Below, one piece after another: positions 1 to 9,466 of a stretch of 64,000 bases of DNA. The notes beneath the pieces are model-generated. The model did not search any database and was not told the origin of the DNA. It worked only from the letters and a program-made list of their open reading frames with translations. A program made the position numbers and the translations under genes. Numbering within the stretch: the first letter of the stretch is position 1; the number at the start of each line of letters is the position of its first letter. The DNA is from a virus: the IMG/VR virus record IMGVR_UViG_3300022562_000726, one strand, 5' to 3'.

Positions 1-845
1 TGTTCTTGTACAGGTCGTGGGCGATCCACCTGTAAATCGGGACCTCGCTCCATTCTCCATTGATAAATTCCATCCCTTCGTGCAATTCAAACACTACCAT
101 TTCAACCTCAAACACCACGGTCTGGCGGCAACCAATTTTGCCAAATGTTTCGTCTTGGTGAGTGTATGCTCGCCCCACTCATACTGTGGCGGATCATACA
201 TAATTCTTCTGAACCTTACTTTCTTCACGCCGCTTCTCATTCTCAAGAACCGCTATTATTGCCGTCCGGCTTCTCCACAGGGACATTCTTCCATGCCAAA
301 GAAACCTCGGGTAATAGGATTCCGGTTGGTCGTTAAATATGTAAAACCTTCTCATGGGACGTCTCCGACTTTCTGTCGCCACGGTAGCCCCATCCCGGTT
401 CGGCGTCAAGGGAAAGGCCCCATGCTCAGCGTGGGGGAAAGGCCAATTTGTTTGTTTGTTAGTATAAGAATCGGTAACACATCTCTTATAACCAATTGAT
501 TTGTAATAGATTTTGCTGTGTAACCTGCTGCTCCGTCGTCTCTGTTTTGAACACCCTCCTGCCACACTCAGAAACCGTCTCAAAGTTAATTTCTTAATGT
601 TTCTATGGGGTTACGCCATTTACTTAATAAGGCACTTCAATATGAAGTACGCGACTAATGTAACACTTCAACTTGGGTGCCCAACCCATTGGATTTGTTC
701 ATAAAATTTTTATAATAATTTTTTTGGGACTCCTGTGTTTTCGTAACAGAATCCGCGTTTCCATACAAACCACAAGTTTAGTGCCGGTGAGAAAATGGGA
801 CTCCTACCGGGGTTTATACCTACTTATGCGCGAAATTATGCTGCG

Positions 846-863
846 AGCGGCCAAAATGGCCGG
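846..863. repeat. Copy 1 of the recurrent motif AGCGGCC-AAAAT-GGCCG
   Basis: GGCCAAAATGGCC at 849-861 (an SfiI-type GGCCN5GGCC with a fixed spacer). Other copies are at 3635-3647, 12441-12453, 21442-21454, 24261-24274 and 27931-27943. Confidence 0.6.
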
Positions 864-889
864 TGGCTCGATTCGTGCAGTGTGTGAAT

Positions 890-923
890 GGTGGGCGTTT
901 GGTGGGCTTGCGGTGGGCGTTTG
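890..923. repeat. Iteron-like direct repeats: GGTGGGCGTTTG (890-901), GGTGGGCTTG (901-910), GGTGGGCGTTTG (912-923)
   Basis: Read directly from the sequence. A fourth copy, GGTGGGCGTTT, sits at 7158-7168 right after the -10 element upstream of the AAA ATPase gene. Confidence 0.6.
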
Positions 924-1315
924 AGGAGATTTGTATAGTATGTGCGACGCATCACATATGCGCACGCGGGGTCCCCAAGGGGGGTGAGGTAAGTAGTTGA
1001 AAACATTAGGATTCTTATTCTGGTGGCACAGTTCACCTACATCGACCCGATGTGGCGAAAGTCCAGCAATATCAATGGCTTAGCGGTCCATCTTGCAGTG
1101 AGGGAATGTGGTACGATGTTACCTCATCATCACACATAGTAACCACACAATCCAACGCACAGTTACCATCGCCATGACCAAGCCAACCAATCGGCAATCC
1201 CCATAATACTGGAGCATACTATAGTATGGTGGCTTATTATCATTGTGGGAATGGACTATCGGCTGGTCTCGCGGCCTTCCTTCACTTCGTTCAGTCCAGT
1301 CCTCATTACGGGCTG

Positions 1316-1834
1316 CTATCGCATCATATCCCTGATCTTGTTCCTCAACTCTTTCGCTATCTCTTCTGCACTGCGCTGTTCTGCACTGCTCTCTGCCTTC
1401 CTGCTAAACATATCTACAATATCCATGCGACCCAACAATTCCAGTGCCTTGAGCCTTGTCGAAGCGGTCCCCTCGTCGCGGTCTATGCTCTCTTCATACA
1501 ACCTCTTTACGACATGACGTCTGATCCGTACTGAATCCGCCATCATCTTGGACTGTATGCTATCAACGATGTCACTAATCCGTTGGGCAACTATAGGGTT
1601 GGCCGCAGTCTTCACTGCTTCGCTATAAATGCTCTCTGGTTTCATGTTGGATACATTGTAGCATGAGCGGTAAGCCTCTGATTTTGTTGAACCATTAGCC
1701 ACCATCTGGGCAAACTTCTCTTGTTTTGCCGTCAACTGCCGGTTGTTGACCACCGGTAAATCTACAACCTTGCCATCGTCATCGCCCATCTTGATAACCT
1801 CGCTGCTCATCTTCGATGAGCAAAAATATATCAA
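1316..1834 (-). CDS. terS: Terminase small subunit (Terminase_2-like)
   Basis: N-terminal LTAKQEKFAQMVANGSTKSEAYRSCY resembles the HTH region of TerS; KALELLGRM matches the family C-terminal motif. No terL is adjacent downstream. Confidence 0.75.
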   Translation of the reverse strand: MIYFCSSKMSSEVIKMGDDDGKVVDLPVVNNRQLTAKQEKFAQMVANGSTKSEAYRSCYNVSNMKPESIYSEAVKTAANPIVAQRISDIVDSIQSKMMADSVRIRRHVVKRLYEESIDRDEGTASTRLKALELLGRMDIVDMFSRKAESSAEQRSAEEIAKELRNKIRDMMR

Positions 1835-1941
1835 GAAAAAAACTTTTCCGCCACCATCCCCGACAATCCCCTACGGGGATCGGCCAAGCCAAACCATCCG
1901 CCGAATACCAATAGGTTTTTGTCCCTACGGGACAGATCGCC

Positions 1942-1973
1942 ATTGACAGGCGACAGCCGGTCGGTCATTATAA
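1942..1973 (+). promoter_or_regulatory. Sigma70-like promoter P1 with embedded inverted-repeat operator
   Basis: TTGACA (1942-1947), then 17 nt GGCGACAGCCGGTCGGT, then CATTAT / TATAAT (1965-1973). The spacer motif is shared with four other promoters. Confidence 0.5.
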
Positions 1974-2029
1974 TGGGGCAATCGGCGGCATGGTGTCGTC
2001 GGTCCAAACCCAATGAAAGGTTCTATCAA

Positions 2030-2578
2030 ATGACTGTTCAACATTTCGAAACCAAAGCCGAAGCCCATGAGTTCTTTCAGAAGAAGTTTCCCAAACTCAT
2101 GATGCATACTGCTACCGTGACTGGTGGAAAGAAAATTCCTGAAGGTCAGGTTGTCGATTGCATTTTTGTTGGTGCAAACAAATGGTATCGTCAAACTTCT
2201 CTGGTTGTTCACAAGGGAAAACAGGTATGGATGGACCCTGCACATTTGAAGGCTGGCAAGGAAATTCCGGCAGATCGCAAATCACTTTATGAAAGTGAAC
2301 GTGAGGCAAGGTCCGAAGCAACTCTCATGGTTGTCTGTGATGTTCTGGAAGAGCGGGAAAAGGCAGTAAAGGTTCGCCATCCCGATTGGGCTAAAGCCCA
2401 ATTCTTCCCGAAATCAACCATTGAATTTGCTGGTTACATTGAGCGTGGTGACCATACCTATCAGTGCTATCATATCGACCAGTTCATTCTTGACAAGAAT
2501 ATCAACAAGGCTGGTGTCGAAGCTTTGGAGGCTGAACAGGCTGCAGTTGCCAAGGAATTGGCTAAATCCAACAAGTAA
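2030..2578 (+). CDS. Hypothetical early protein
   Basis: ORF with ATG at 2030 and an AAAGG ribosome-binding site; followed by a clean intrinsic terminator. The ORF track starts it at 1919. Confidence 0.5.
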   Translation: MTVQHFETKAEAHEFFQKKFPKLMMHTATVTGGKKIPEGQVVDCIFVGANKWYRQTSLVVHKGKQVWMDPAHLKAGKEIPADRKSLYESEREARSEATLMVVCDVLEEREKAVKVRHPDWAKAQFFPKSTIEFAGYIERGDHTYQCYHIDQFILDKNINKAGVEALEAEQAAVAKELAKSNK

Positions 2579-2586
2579 TTCCATGC

Positions 2587-2615
2587 GGGGCAGGCTTCGG
2601 CTTGCCCCTTTTTTT
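2587..2615 (+). terminator. Rho-independent terminator
   Basis: GGGGCAGGC-ttcg-GCTTGCCCC stem followed by a TTTTTTT tract. Confidence 0.7.
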
Positions 2616-2838
2616 GCCTTCATTTATCAGCATTTCCGAAAATACCGATATTCATTTTAAGGGCCGCTGGCGGGCGTCTTTTCTTTCATGGGGGGATATA
2701 CCGGCCATGCTTCAAATCGCGCTGTATGGCCTTTTATTTGGACGTGAAGGGCATGTTTGCCCATGGTGCTAGACAATCCCCGCATGGCGCTACACATCGC
2801 GGCTGTATTACCTGCATTTACCATGGCACATTGCGCCC

Positions 2839-2867
2839 TTGACTGGCGACGCATCGTCGCGGATCAT
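2839..2867 (+). promoter_or_regulatory. Sigma70-like promoter P2 with operator-like inverted repeat
   Basis: TTGACT, then GGCGACGCATCGTCGCG (GCGACG/CGTCGC inverted repeat), then GATCAT. Confidence 0.45.
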
Positions 2868-2955
2868 GGCACGAACCGGGAGCGCGGCTACCACACATAA
2901 GCAACGCTAATATGGGGAAATGCCGTAATTGGCACACATGAACAAGAGAGGAACG

Positions 2956-3270
2956 ATGCCAAATCCAGTTAATCAGGAGACGATAAACGAGAAAGCCCGT
3001 CAGTTGCTCGTTGATGGAGCAATGCGTGGAGGCACCATAGAATTTACCAATGGAGGGATAAATATCATATACGAAACCGTCGAATACACCATTTTCATGC
3101 ATAATATGGCGTATTGGCAGAAACGCTATCCCAAGAGAACACGCGAGCCAATAGACAGAGCCTTGATGATGCTTTCCGGCAAGACGAAACCCTTCATAAC
3201 AGAGATTTTGAGGGAATCGTTTATAGGCGGGCACCACTGGTCAGAGAAAATTATAGCGGTGTCCAAATGA
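2956..3270 (+). CDS. Hypothetical protein
   Basis: ORF 2929-3270 in the track. The ATG at 2956 follows an AGAGAGGAA ribosome-binding site. Confidence 0.45.
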   Translation: MPNPVNQETINEKARQLLVDGAMRGGTIEFTNGGINIIYETVEYTIFMHNMAYWQKRYPKRTREPIDRALMMLSGKTKPFITEILRESFIGGHHWSEKIIAVSK

Positions 3271-3590
3271 GCAGGACCATCACCCAGAAAACCATGAAGA
3301 AGAAAGCGCGTGAACTGTGCATGGATATAACGCTATCTGGGAACAGGATGGCTGTGACATTCGCCGCTGTTGATTTTGATCCAGAAATGAAACCAGCAGA
3401 AGGAGACCACCATTACCTTATTCGTGTTTGGAACCTTGGGTGGTGGAGAATGAAGAGCAAAGATAAATACTCCCCTCATGAGGAAGCCATGATGTTGTGT
3501 GCCAGTGGTGATGACGCTCCTTACATCTGTGAAATAATGCGCTACTCCGCGAAACTTGCCCAATGGATAAGCATAGTAAGATCGAGGTGA
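3267..3590 (+). CDS. Hypothetical protein
   Basis: ATGA overlap with the upstream stop. The track ORF starting at 3114 overlaps the previous gene, so the ATG at 3267 is preferred. Confidence 0.45.
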   Translation: MSRTITQKTMKKKARELCMDITLSGNRMAVTFAAVDFDPEMKPAEGDHHYLIRVWNLGWWRMKSKDKYSPHEEAMMLCASGDDAPYICEIMRYSAKLAQWISIVRSR

Positions 3591-3593
3591 ACC

Positions 3594-3710
3594 ATGAAAC
3601 TCTTGACTGAATTGGGAATGTTGTTGCTTGGAGCGGTCATTTTGGCCGCTATCGGTGCCAGTATAGGGTATTTCATGACGTCATACGTGATCGTGACGGT
3701 GATTCCATGA
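3594..3710 (+). CDS. Small membrane protein (38 aa)
   Basis: MKLLTELGMLLLGAVILAAIGASIGYFMTSYVIVTVIP; AGGTGA ribosome-binding site; ATGA overlap with the next gene. Below the track size cutoff. Confidence 0.35.
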   Translation: MKLLTELGMLLLGAVILAAIGASIGYFMTSYVIVTVIP

Positions 3711-4084
3711 AAGAGTTTTTAGTGTTCATCCTCATTTTGGCTGTAAGCATTGCATCCTCACTCATCCTGATGGGTTTATGCTCCTTCCTTGCCGCGCCAG
3801 TCAAGAGAAGAATGACCGCTCGCACCAAGATTGCCGTCCATGAATACCTTCTTGACTGTGCCATCAAGGGTGATCGGTTCGTTCTCTATAACCTGATTGG
3901 TTCTGTCTATGTCAAAAACTGTGAGGACGGTCATTCCATATGGCTTGAGGGTGAGGAAATAGCGCCTAAAATTTATTCCAATCATCGTAATACAACTCCA
4001 AGCGAGATTGCTCCTCTGGTTTCAAAAGCAGAAAAGGTAGATTTTCGTGGCCCACAACACACAATCGACCCCGGACCTCATTGA
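3707..4084 (+). CDS. Membrane-anchored hypothetical protein
   Basis: N-terminal hydrophobic helix FLVFILILAVSIASSLILMGLCSFL. Confidence 0.5.
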   Translation: MKEFLVFILILAVSIASSLILMGLCSFLAAPVKRRMTARTKIAVHEYLLDCAIKGDRFVLYNLIGSVYVKNCEDGHSIWLEGEEIAPKIYSNHRNTTPSEIAPLVSKAEKVDFRGPQHTIDPGPH

Positions 4085-4451
4085 ACATTCTCTTCTATAC
4101 GGGACGGAATACACTGAAATTGCCCTGATGTTCTATAAAGGGACACGGGTCAAACCGGGATCGTCCGCATATAGCTGGATGACTGCTCAAAGTCATGTTG
4201 TTCAATCATACAAGATTTTCTTTGCAAGATCAAACCCTTACTTCATTTTGCAAATGTATCCCCTGAAGGCTTGGCGCATCATTGGAGACGAGCGTGGACA
4301 CAGAAGAACACGCATCATCAAGAACCAGTTCAGCATTACCAAGGATGAAATCCAATCCATAACTCCAGAGGAAATGGAAGAGAAAGTGGATGGTCTGTTC
4401 ATTCGCCACGCTCAAAATATCATCAACCACAGGATGACAAGAGGAAAGTGA
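4047..4451 (+). CDS. Hypothetical protein (start uncertain)
   Basis: ORF in the co-directional early operon; it overlaps the previous gene, so the true start may be an internal ATG near 4128. Confidence 0.35.
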   Translation: MAHNTQSTPDLIEHSLLYGTEYTEIALMFYKGTRVKPGSSAYSWMTAQSHVVQSYKIFFARSNPYFILQMYPLKAWRIIGDERGHRRTRIIKNQFSITKDEIQSITPEEMEEKVDGLFIRHAQNIINHRMTRGK

Positions 4452-4840
4452 TGACTGCATATCTCGTAAAGGTACTTATTGGCGCAACTATCGGTTTTTG
4501 CATCTCCATGGGCTTTGGTGAACTGTTCAAGGTCTGGTTGTTCAAGCGGGACGGATACAAGATAGGAAAGAAAGGCCGCAAGGAAGCTGTAAGCTGGATC
4601 ATGGATCACGCCATGAAGGGTGAGCCGCTAAAGATGACAGGTTCAGGCAAGGTGGCACTCCTCTGGACAAGAGATGGAGAGCAATTGCATCTCGTTGGAA
4701 ACTTGGAACAGATGACAAGGAAATGGGCCGACAAGGATTACAGCGAAGATCACACCATCACGAGCGATGAAGCCATCCCAATGGTGAGGAAAAGCAAGTT
4801 CATCAAGATAGATCACATGGGTGATCTTAAATTCAGTTAA
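4448..4840 (+). CDS. Membrane-anchored hypothetical protein
   Basis: GTG/ATG start overlapping the upstream stop; N-terminal transmembrane helix. Confidence 0.45.
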   Translation: MMTAYLVKVLIGATIGFCISMGFGELFKVWLFKRDGYKIGKKGRKEAVSWIMDHAMKGEPLKMTGSGKVALLWTRDGEQLHLVGNLEQMTRKWADKDYSEDHTITSDEAIPMVRKSKFIKIDHMGDLKFS

Positions 4841-4857
4841 GATGAATTTCCCTGCCG

Positions 4858-4886
4858 TTGACTGGCGACGCGCTGTCGGATATTCT
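4858..4886 (+). promoter_or_regulatory. Sigma70-like promoter P3 with operator-like inverted repeat
   Basis: TTGACT, then 17 nt GGCGACGCGCTGTCGGA, then TATTCT. Confidence 0.45.
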
Positions 4887-4936
4887 GGCAGCGCAAACCG
4901 AAAAACTGTTTCTAATCAACGTGAAAGGAAGAAACG

Positions 4937-5290
4937 ATGGACGCTGATAATAACAAACCTGTCGATGTACATGCTCAACCGGAACAAATCTTCGAACCGG
5001 CACAGGAAAGCGCATTGAAGCGCCTTTTCGAACTGACCCCTCTTTATCACTCATTCACAACAGAGGCACAGCCATTTCCTCCGAAGGGCGTCCAGATGCC
5101 TGAATTAACCTTCAAGGAGTTCAAGGACTTCGTTCAGACTGTCAATATCAAGGGCGGAGTGGTCGGTGTCCGGTGGTGTGGTGTCTTCATGTGCATCACA
5201 AGGGATGGCCATGTCATGCCGGAAGATGCCATCGTTGAGCATTTCGAACATGATGATCCTGCTGCTGCACTGGCTGCGAGGTTTGGATGA
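4937..5290 (+). CDS. Hypothetical protein
   Basis: ORF downstream of P3. Confidence 0.45.
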   Translation: MDADNNKPVDVHAQPEQIFEPAQESALKRLFELTPLYHSFTTEAQPFPPKGVQMPELTFKEFKDFVQTVNIKGGVVGVRWCGVFMCITRDGHVMPEDAIVEHFEHDDPAAALAARFG

Positions 5291-5952
5291 TTTATGCCAT
5301 ACCTGATATTCATGGCAGATTCGATCTTCTCAAGCTTGCTCTTGCGGACATAGAGCGGGACAAGCCGGGGAAGGTCGTCTTTCTTGGCGATTATGTGGAC
5401 CGTGGGCCGGAGAGTTGTCAAGTGCTTGACAGATTGATGAAGGGGCCTCCCGAGGGATGGGAATGGACATGTCTCGTCGGCAACCATGAAGAATGGTTCA
5501 TTGATTCCGTCGAAAGACATGTTGCCAATATTGACTGGATACAATGTGGTGGAGACAGAACGATTGCCTCCTATGGAATGAACCCACACGATCCGCTCAT
5601 TATCCCTAACAAGATGATGAGTGACCACATTCGATGGCTCTCCAGCCAGCCCCATGCTCTTGTTCTCGATAATCATGCCTTTGTCCATGCTTATCTTGCT
5701 GATGGTGTTCCTATTGAAGATCACACTGTCGAAGAGATGACTTGGGGTTATTACCGCAAGATCGAAACCGGTGGGTGGAACGGTAAATATGTCTGCCATG
5801 GGCATATTGCCGATCCGAGAGGTCCGAGAGAGTACAAAATGAGGCTGGCGCTTGATGCTTGTGCCCATGAGACAGGTAATCTTATGGTCGCAGTGTTCGA
5901 TGAAAATCTGTACCAGCCTGTCGAGATATTCAAGGCAGGAGAGAGGATATGA
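5287..5952 (+). CDS. Ser/Thr protein phosphatase, lambda-PPase-like metallophosphoesterase
   Basis: DIHGR, GDYVDRGPES, GNHEE and HGH motifs of the calcineurin-like fold. Confidence 0.85.
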   Translation: MIYAIPDIHGRFDLLKLALADIERDKPGKVVFLGDYVDRGPESCQVLDRLMKGPPEGWEWTCLVGNHEEWFIDSVERHVANIDWIQCGGDRTIASYGMNPHDPLIIPNKMMSDHIRWLSSQPHALVLDNHAFVHAYLADGVPIEDHTVEEMTWGYYRKIETGGWNGKYVCHGHIADPRGPREYKMRLALDACAHETGNLMVAVFDENLYQPVEIFKAGERI

Positions 5953-6125
5953 TGACACTATACAGGATAGGACTGCTGATCTGTCTTTTCAGTTCGATGG
6001 AATTGCTTCTCAGCCTGATATTTCAGGATGAGGGGCTTGCTACAGGAGCAGGAACAGCCATGATACTTGGTGGTGCCTTGGTCATACTGTCTGCCCTGTT
6101 CGATAAATCGTTCTGGAAGGGATAA
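5952..6125 (+). CDS. Small membrane protein (57 aa)
   Basis: Two hydrophobic helices; GAGAGGA ribosome-binding site; overlaps the phosphatase stop. Confidence 0.35.
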   Translation: MTLYRIGLLICLFSSMELLLSLIFQDEGLATGAGTAMILGGALVILSALFDKSFWKG

Positions 6126-6129
6126 CACG

Positions 6130-6306
6130 ATGAATTACAAGCGGAAAAGAGCCAAAAACCGCAGGAGAGGCTGTCTCATGTGCAAGCCATGGAAAATGAA
6201 TGGTTACTGTGACAGGCATAGAAATATGCGGTTCGGTGATGTTCGTCGGCTTGGCGCTTTCCGCTGCGATTACATCAAGGACGCAAAACACAAAGGAGTT
6301 GAATAA
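6130..6306 (+). CDS. Small basic Cys-rich protein
   Basis: MNYKRKRAKNRRRGCLMCKPW...; overlaps the HNH start by 1 nt. Confidence 0.4.
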   Translation: MNYKRKRAKNRRRGCLMCKPWKMNGYCDRHRNMRFGDVRRLGAFRCDYIKDAKHKGVE

Positions 6307-6746
6307 TGAAGGACCGCCGTGAACATATATTCCAACGCATCATGGACAAGGTGGAGATAAACCACAAATCCATTCACAACGGGCATCCATGCTGGATATG
6401 GACAGGCACCACATCAGGCAATCCAAAGGAGAATGATCGCAATTCTCGTGGTCATTCCTATCCCCGCATGTCGCTCAATGGAGAGACAGTTGCCGTTCAT
6501 CGGGTCATGTATACTCATGTTTATGGATACATCCCCGCTCGCAAGACCATTGACCATGAATGCCTGAACAGATTGTGTGTCCAACCGGCACATCTATCCC
6601 TTACATCTCTTCGGGAAAACATTCGTCGCAGGGATGGCAAGGCACCCAGAAAGAACTCTGAATACAGCACAGCGGTCCCTGACAGCTTGACCGCAAGCCT
6701 CTCCCGCTATCTTGAGACAGAAATGAAGTGCGAGGAAATAGCATGA
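6306..6746 (+). CDS. HNH endonuclease (HNH_3-like)
   Basis: Conserved His plus IDHECLNRLCVQPAHL, the HNH zinc-finger signature. Confidence 0.75.
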   Translation: MKDRREHIFQRIMDKVEINHKSIHNGHPCWIWTGTTSGNPKENDRNSRGHSYPRMSLNGETVAVHRVMYTHVYGYIPARKTIDHECLNRLCVQPAHLSLTSLRENIRRRDGKAPRKNSEYSTAVPDSLTASLSRYLETEMKCEEIA

Positions 6747-7105
6747 GGCCAATCAGGGAAGACCCAACACTGGCGAACATGACGAATTACTTCTTCCATG
6801 ACGTGGAAAAGACCGTACCTTTGCCAAATGGCGTGATTGACAGAGTGGACGCCTTCTCCGTTGGAGGCGTATGGCTCACATTTCATGGGTCACAACTTGT
6901 CATGGCTGTAAGTTATGAACGCTCCAAGATTTTCATTGCTGAAGTAATTGATTCCGTAGCAGTAGAGCAAAATATTGAAGAAGTATTGGAAGTATATCCC
7001 AATGCAGAAGTTAAGCATCTGGAAAGAGTTGCTTTACAAGAGGCTGCATTCCAATTGATAATAGAAGAAATAAACGTGGAAGTGAATAATCGTATCACTG
7101 GTTGA
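6743..7105 (+). CDS. Hypothetical protein
   Basis: ATGA overlap with the HNH stop; GAGGAAA ribosome-binding site. Confidence 0.45.
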   Translation: MRPIREDPTLANMTNYFFHDVEKTVPLPNGVIDRVDAFSVGGVWLTFHGSQLVMAVSYERSKIFIAEVIDSVAVEQNIEEVLEVYPNAEVKHLERVALQEAAFQLIIEEINVEVNNRITG

Positions 7106-7128
7106 GGAAAATCAGCCAAAAAAATCGC

Positions 7129-7157
7129 TTGACGCGGCGACAAGCCGTCGGTAAGCT
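7129..7157 (+). promoter_or_regulatory. Sigma70-like promoter P4 with operator-like inverted repeat
   Basis: TTGACG, then CGGCGACAAGCCGTCGG, then TAAGCT; immediately followed by a GGTGGGCGTTT iteron copy. Confidence 0.5.
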
Positions 7158-7192
7158 GGTGGGCGTTTCAACTCGAAAGAAAGGGCCACACC

Positions 7193-8296
7193 ATGCGAAT
7201 TACAGACGCAAAGAAGTTAATCGCCTCCGTTCTGCTCCATAATCTGGAATTGGCAGAGAAAGGCAAGAGCGTCCGGCATAGACTGATACCTGCCTTGTTA
7301 GGCGATCCGGGCGTCGGCAAGACGTCTGCATTCATTCAGGTAGCTGACGAGTACAAGCTGCCTTACTTCGATACCATCGTTGCACAGTATGATGCTGGCG
7401 AATTGGGTGGTTTCGGCATCCCCAAAATAGAAGAACTGATTGGACCTGACGGCAAACCGGTCAAGGACAAGAATGGCAAGACTGTCATGATAGACAGGGT
7501 GCGCCGTGCAAGGCCGGACCATATGCCCGATCTTGACGTTCCTGCCGGTATATGGAACCTCGATGAATTGGCACAGGCATTCCTTGCCAATCAGAATATT
7601 GTGTCGCAGCTTGTCAATGAACATCGTATTGGACGGCACGATGTTTCCCCCGGCATCACCATCGGCGTCACTTCAAACAAGCCAGAGAACAAGGCCGGTA
7701 CTACTTCCATGCCTTCACATCTGGTTGACCGACTGACCCTCATCTACATTGAACCTGATTTTGAAGAGTTTCTGGAATATGCACAGGCTCATCAAATCAA
7801 CCCTCTGGTTCGTGTTTATCTCCAGAACAATCCTGCTTCGCTTCACAAGTTTGAACCGGGGGCGAAATCATGCCCAACGCCTCGTTCTTGGGAACGTGCT
7901 GGAACATGGCTGGACCGGCAGCTTCCCGATCATATCCAGACTGAAGCCTTGATGGGCACCATCGGTGAGGGTGAAACACCGAAATTCCAAGCTTGGATAC
8001 GTGTGAAAGACAAGATGCCGAAGCTTGAGGACATTCTCAAGAAACCTCAAGAAGCCCGCGTCTTTGGCAATGAGGATGCTGATGTTCTGTATCTCCTCCT
8101 CGCCAATCTGGCTGACGTAGCAAAGGAAAGCAATATAGAGGCGATCCTTACCTATATCCGCCGCCTTCCCAATCAGGAGTTCACTGCTTATTGGGCGAAA
8201 GACACATTCCGGCAGAAGCCCGATCTTCTCAAGAACAAGCATGTTGTTAACTGGAAGATGAATGAGGGCGTCAAGCTTTTCTCTGGAGAAGATTGA
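7193..8296 (+). CDS. MoxR-type AAA+ ATPase (AAA_5 / CbbQ-NorQ-like)
   Basis: Walker A GDPGVGKTS; Walker B and sensor region; typical MoxR size. Confidence 0.8.
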   Translation: MRITDAKKLIASVLLHNLELAEKGKSVRHRLIPALLGDPGVGKTSAFIQVADEYKLPYFDTIVAQYDAGELGGFGIPKIEELIGPDGKPVKDKNGKTVMIDRVRRARPDHMPDLDVPAGIWNLDELAQAFLANQNIVSQLVNEHRIGRHDVSPGITIGVTSNKPENKAGTTSMPSHLVDRLTLIYIEPDFEEFLEYAQAHQINPLVRVYLQNNPASLHKFEPGAKSCPTPRSWERAGTWLDRQLPDHIQTEALMGTIGEGETPKFQAWIRVKDKMPKLEDILKKPQEARVFGNEDADVLYLLLANLADVAKESNIEAILTYIRRLPNQEFTAYWAKDTFRQKPDLLKNKHVVNWKMNEGVKLFSGED

Positions 8297-8383
8297 TGCG
8301 CAAATCTATCAGCGCATTCTGGGATCGGCGCGATGCAAAGCGCCGGTCCATAAACAAGAAACCCAAAACCGAGGAGAATAACC

Positions 8384-8509
8384 ATGACAATAACGGGAAT
8401 TTTTCTCATTCTGATGTGGTCCTTGTGGGCACCAGAAGAAATCGGGAAAGCCATCGCCAAGGGCGTTATCGCCTATCGTAAATTAATAAAGGAGAATGAC
8501 CATGACTAA
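8384..8509 (+). CDS. Small membrane protein (41 aa)
   Basis: MTITGIFLILMWSLWAPEEIG...; GAGGAGA ribosome-binding site; below the track cutoff. Confidence 0.3.
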   Translation: MTITGIFLILMWSLWAPEEIGKAIAKGVIAYRKLIKENDHD

Positions 8510-9365
8510 ACTTGCAGACCGCGCAATGCTTGTAAGCCTTCATCAGAGGACGTGGCAGGCAAACGTGAATGATTCAGAAATCTCGAATGAAATGTCGGAT
8601 CATTACGGTGCTGAACCCGGTTCTATAAGGGCAGTGAAGAAGCTGACGCCTGATTCTTATGTCCGTCCTATAATGCAGGTGGCCAATTTCGGTCGGCGGC
8701 AGCACTATCATTTGACTGTGCCGGGAATGGTAAAGGGGCAGCAGTTGCTTGCTACGTCCCTTTATGACCGGTACATCGCCGCTCAAGAACAGATCAAGGA
8801 CGAGTTCGACAAGGCTGTTCGGGATTTTTGCGATATATATCCTGAAATCAAGGAAGCAGCGCCGAAGCGTCTTGGCAATGCATTCAAGGAAGATGACTTC
8901 CCCTCTGTGGAGAAGATCAAGACTTTCTTCGAATACACTATAGCGTTCTCTCCGGTGCCAAACGTCGATGACTGGCGGCTTGAGGGCCTTACTGATCTTG
9001 ATGAAAATTCCCTGCGTCGGCAAGCCGAAGAACGTGTCGCCACAATGTATGAAAATACAGTGGAGGAAGTATTCGGCAAAATCAAGGGCGCTCTCAACAA
9101 GATGATCGAACAGATCAATCAGTATGACGAAAACAAGAAAGGCCTTCGGGACATTACAGTTCAGAATGTTCAGGAGATAACCGAAATCGCCATGATGATG
9201 AACGTGACCAACAATCCCCTGATAACAGAAATCGGTCACCGCATGTTCCATGAGTTCAAGTCTCTGGACGGCAAGATGCTCCGGCAGGACGCCCATGTTC
9301 GTGGAGACGTCAAGACGAGGATCGAGGACATGCTCAACAAGATCAAAGAGAAACAAGCCTCTTAA
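8502..9365 (+). CDS. Hypothetical protein between the MoxR ATPase and the vWA protein
   Basis: ATG at 8502 has better spacing to the AAAGGAGA site than the ATG at 8496. Confidence 0.55.
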   Translation: MTKLADRAMLVSLHQRTWQANVNDSEISNEMSDHYGAEPGSIRAVKKLTPDSYVRPIMQVANFGRRQHYHLTVPGMVKGQQLLATSLYDRYIAAQEQIKDEFDKAVRDFCDIYPEIKEAAPKRLGNAFKEDDFPSVEKIKTFFEYTIAFSPVPNVDDWRLEGLTDLDENSLRRQAEERVATMYENTVEEVFGKIKGALNKMIEQINQYDENKKGLRDITVQNVQEITEIAMMMNVTNNPLITEIGHRMFHEFKSLDGKMLRQDAHVRGDVKTRIEDMLNKIKEKQAS

Positions 9366-9466
9366 TCTTCTGTTCAGTAATATAGTGACAGGCCGGACAA
9401 TTTCGCTTGACAACAGCGACGGCCTGTCGCTAAAATTGGGGGAAATCTCAAAGAAAGGAACCGGCC

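Noticed and set aside
1-1315. tRNA genes in the ORF-less left region
   Set aside because: No segment with a GTTCRANYC T-loop consensus and a matching acceptor stem was found by eye. This is unconfirmed without tRNAscan.
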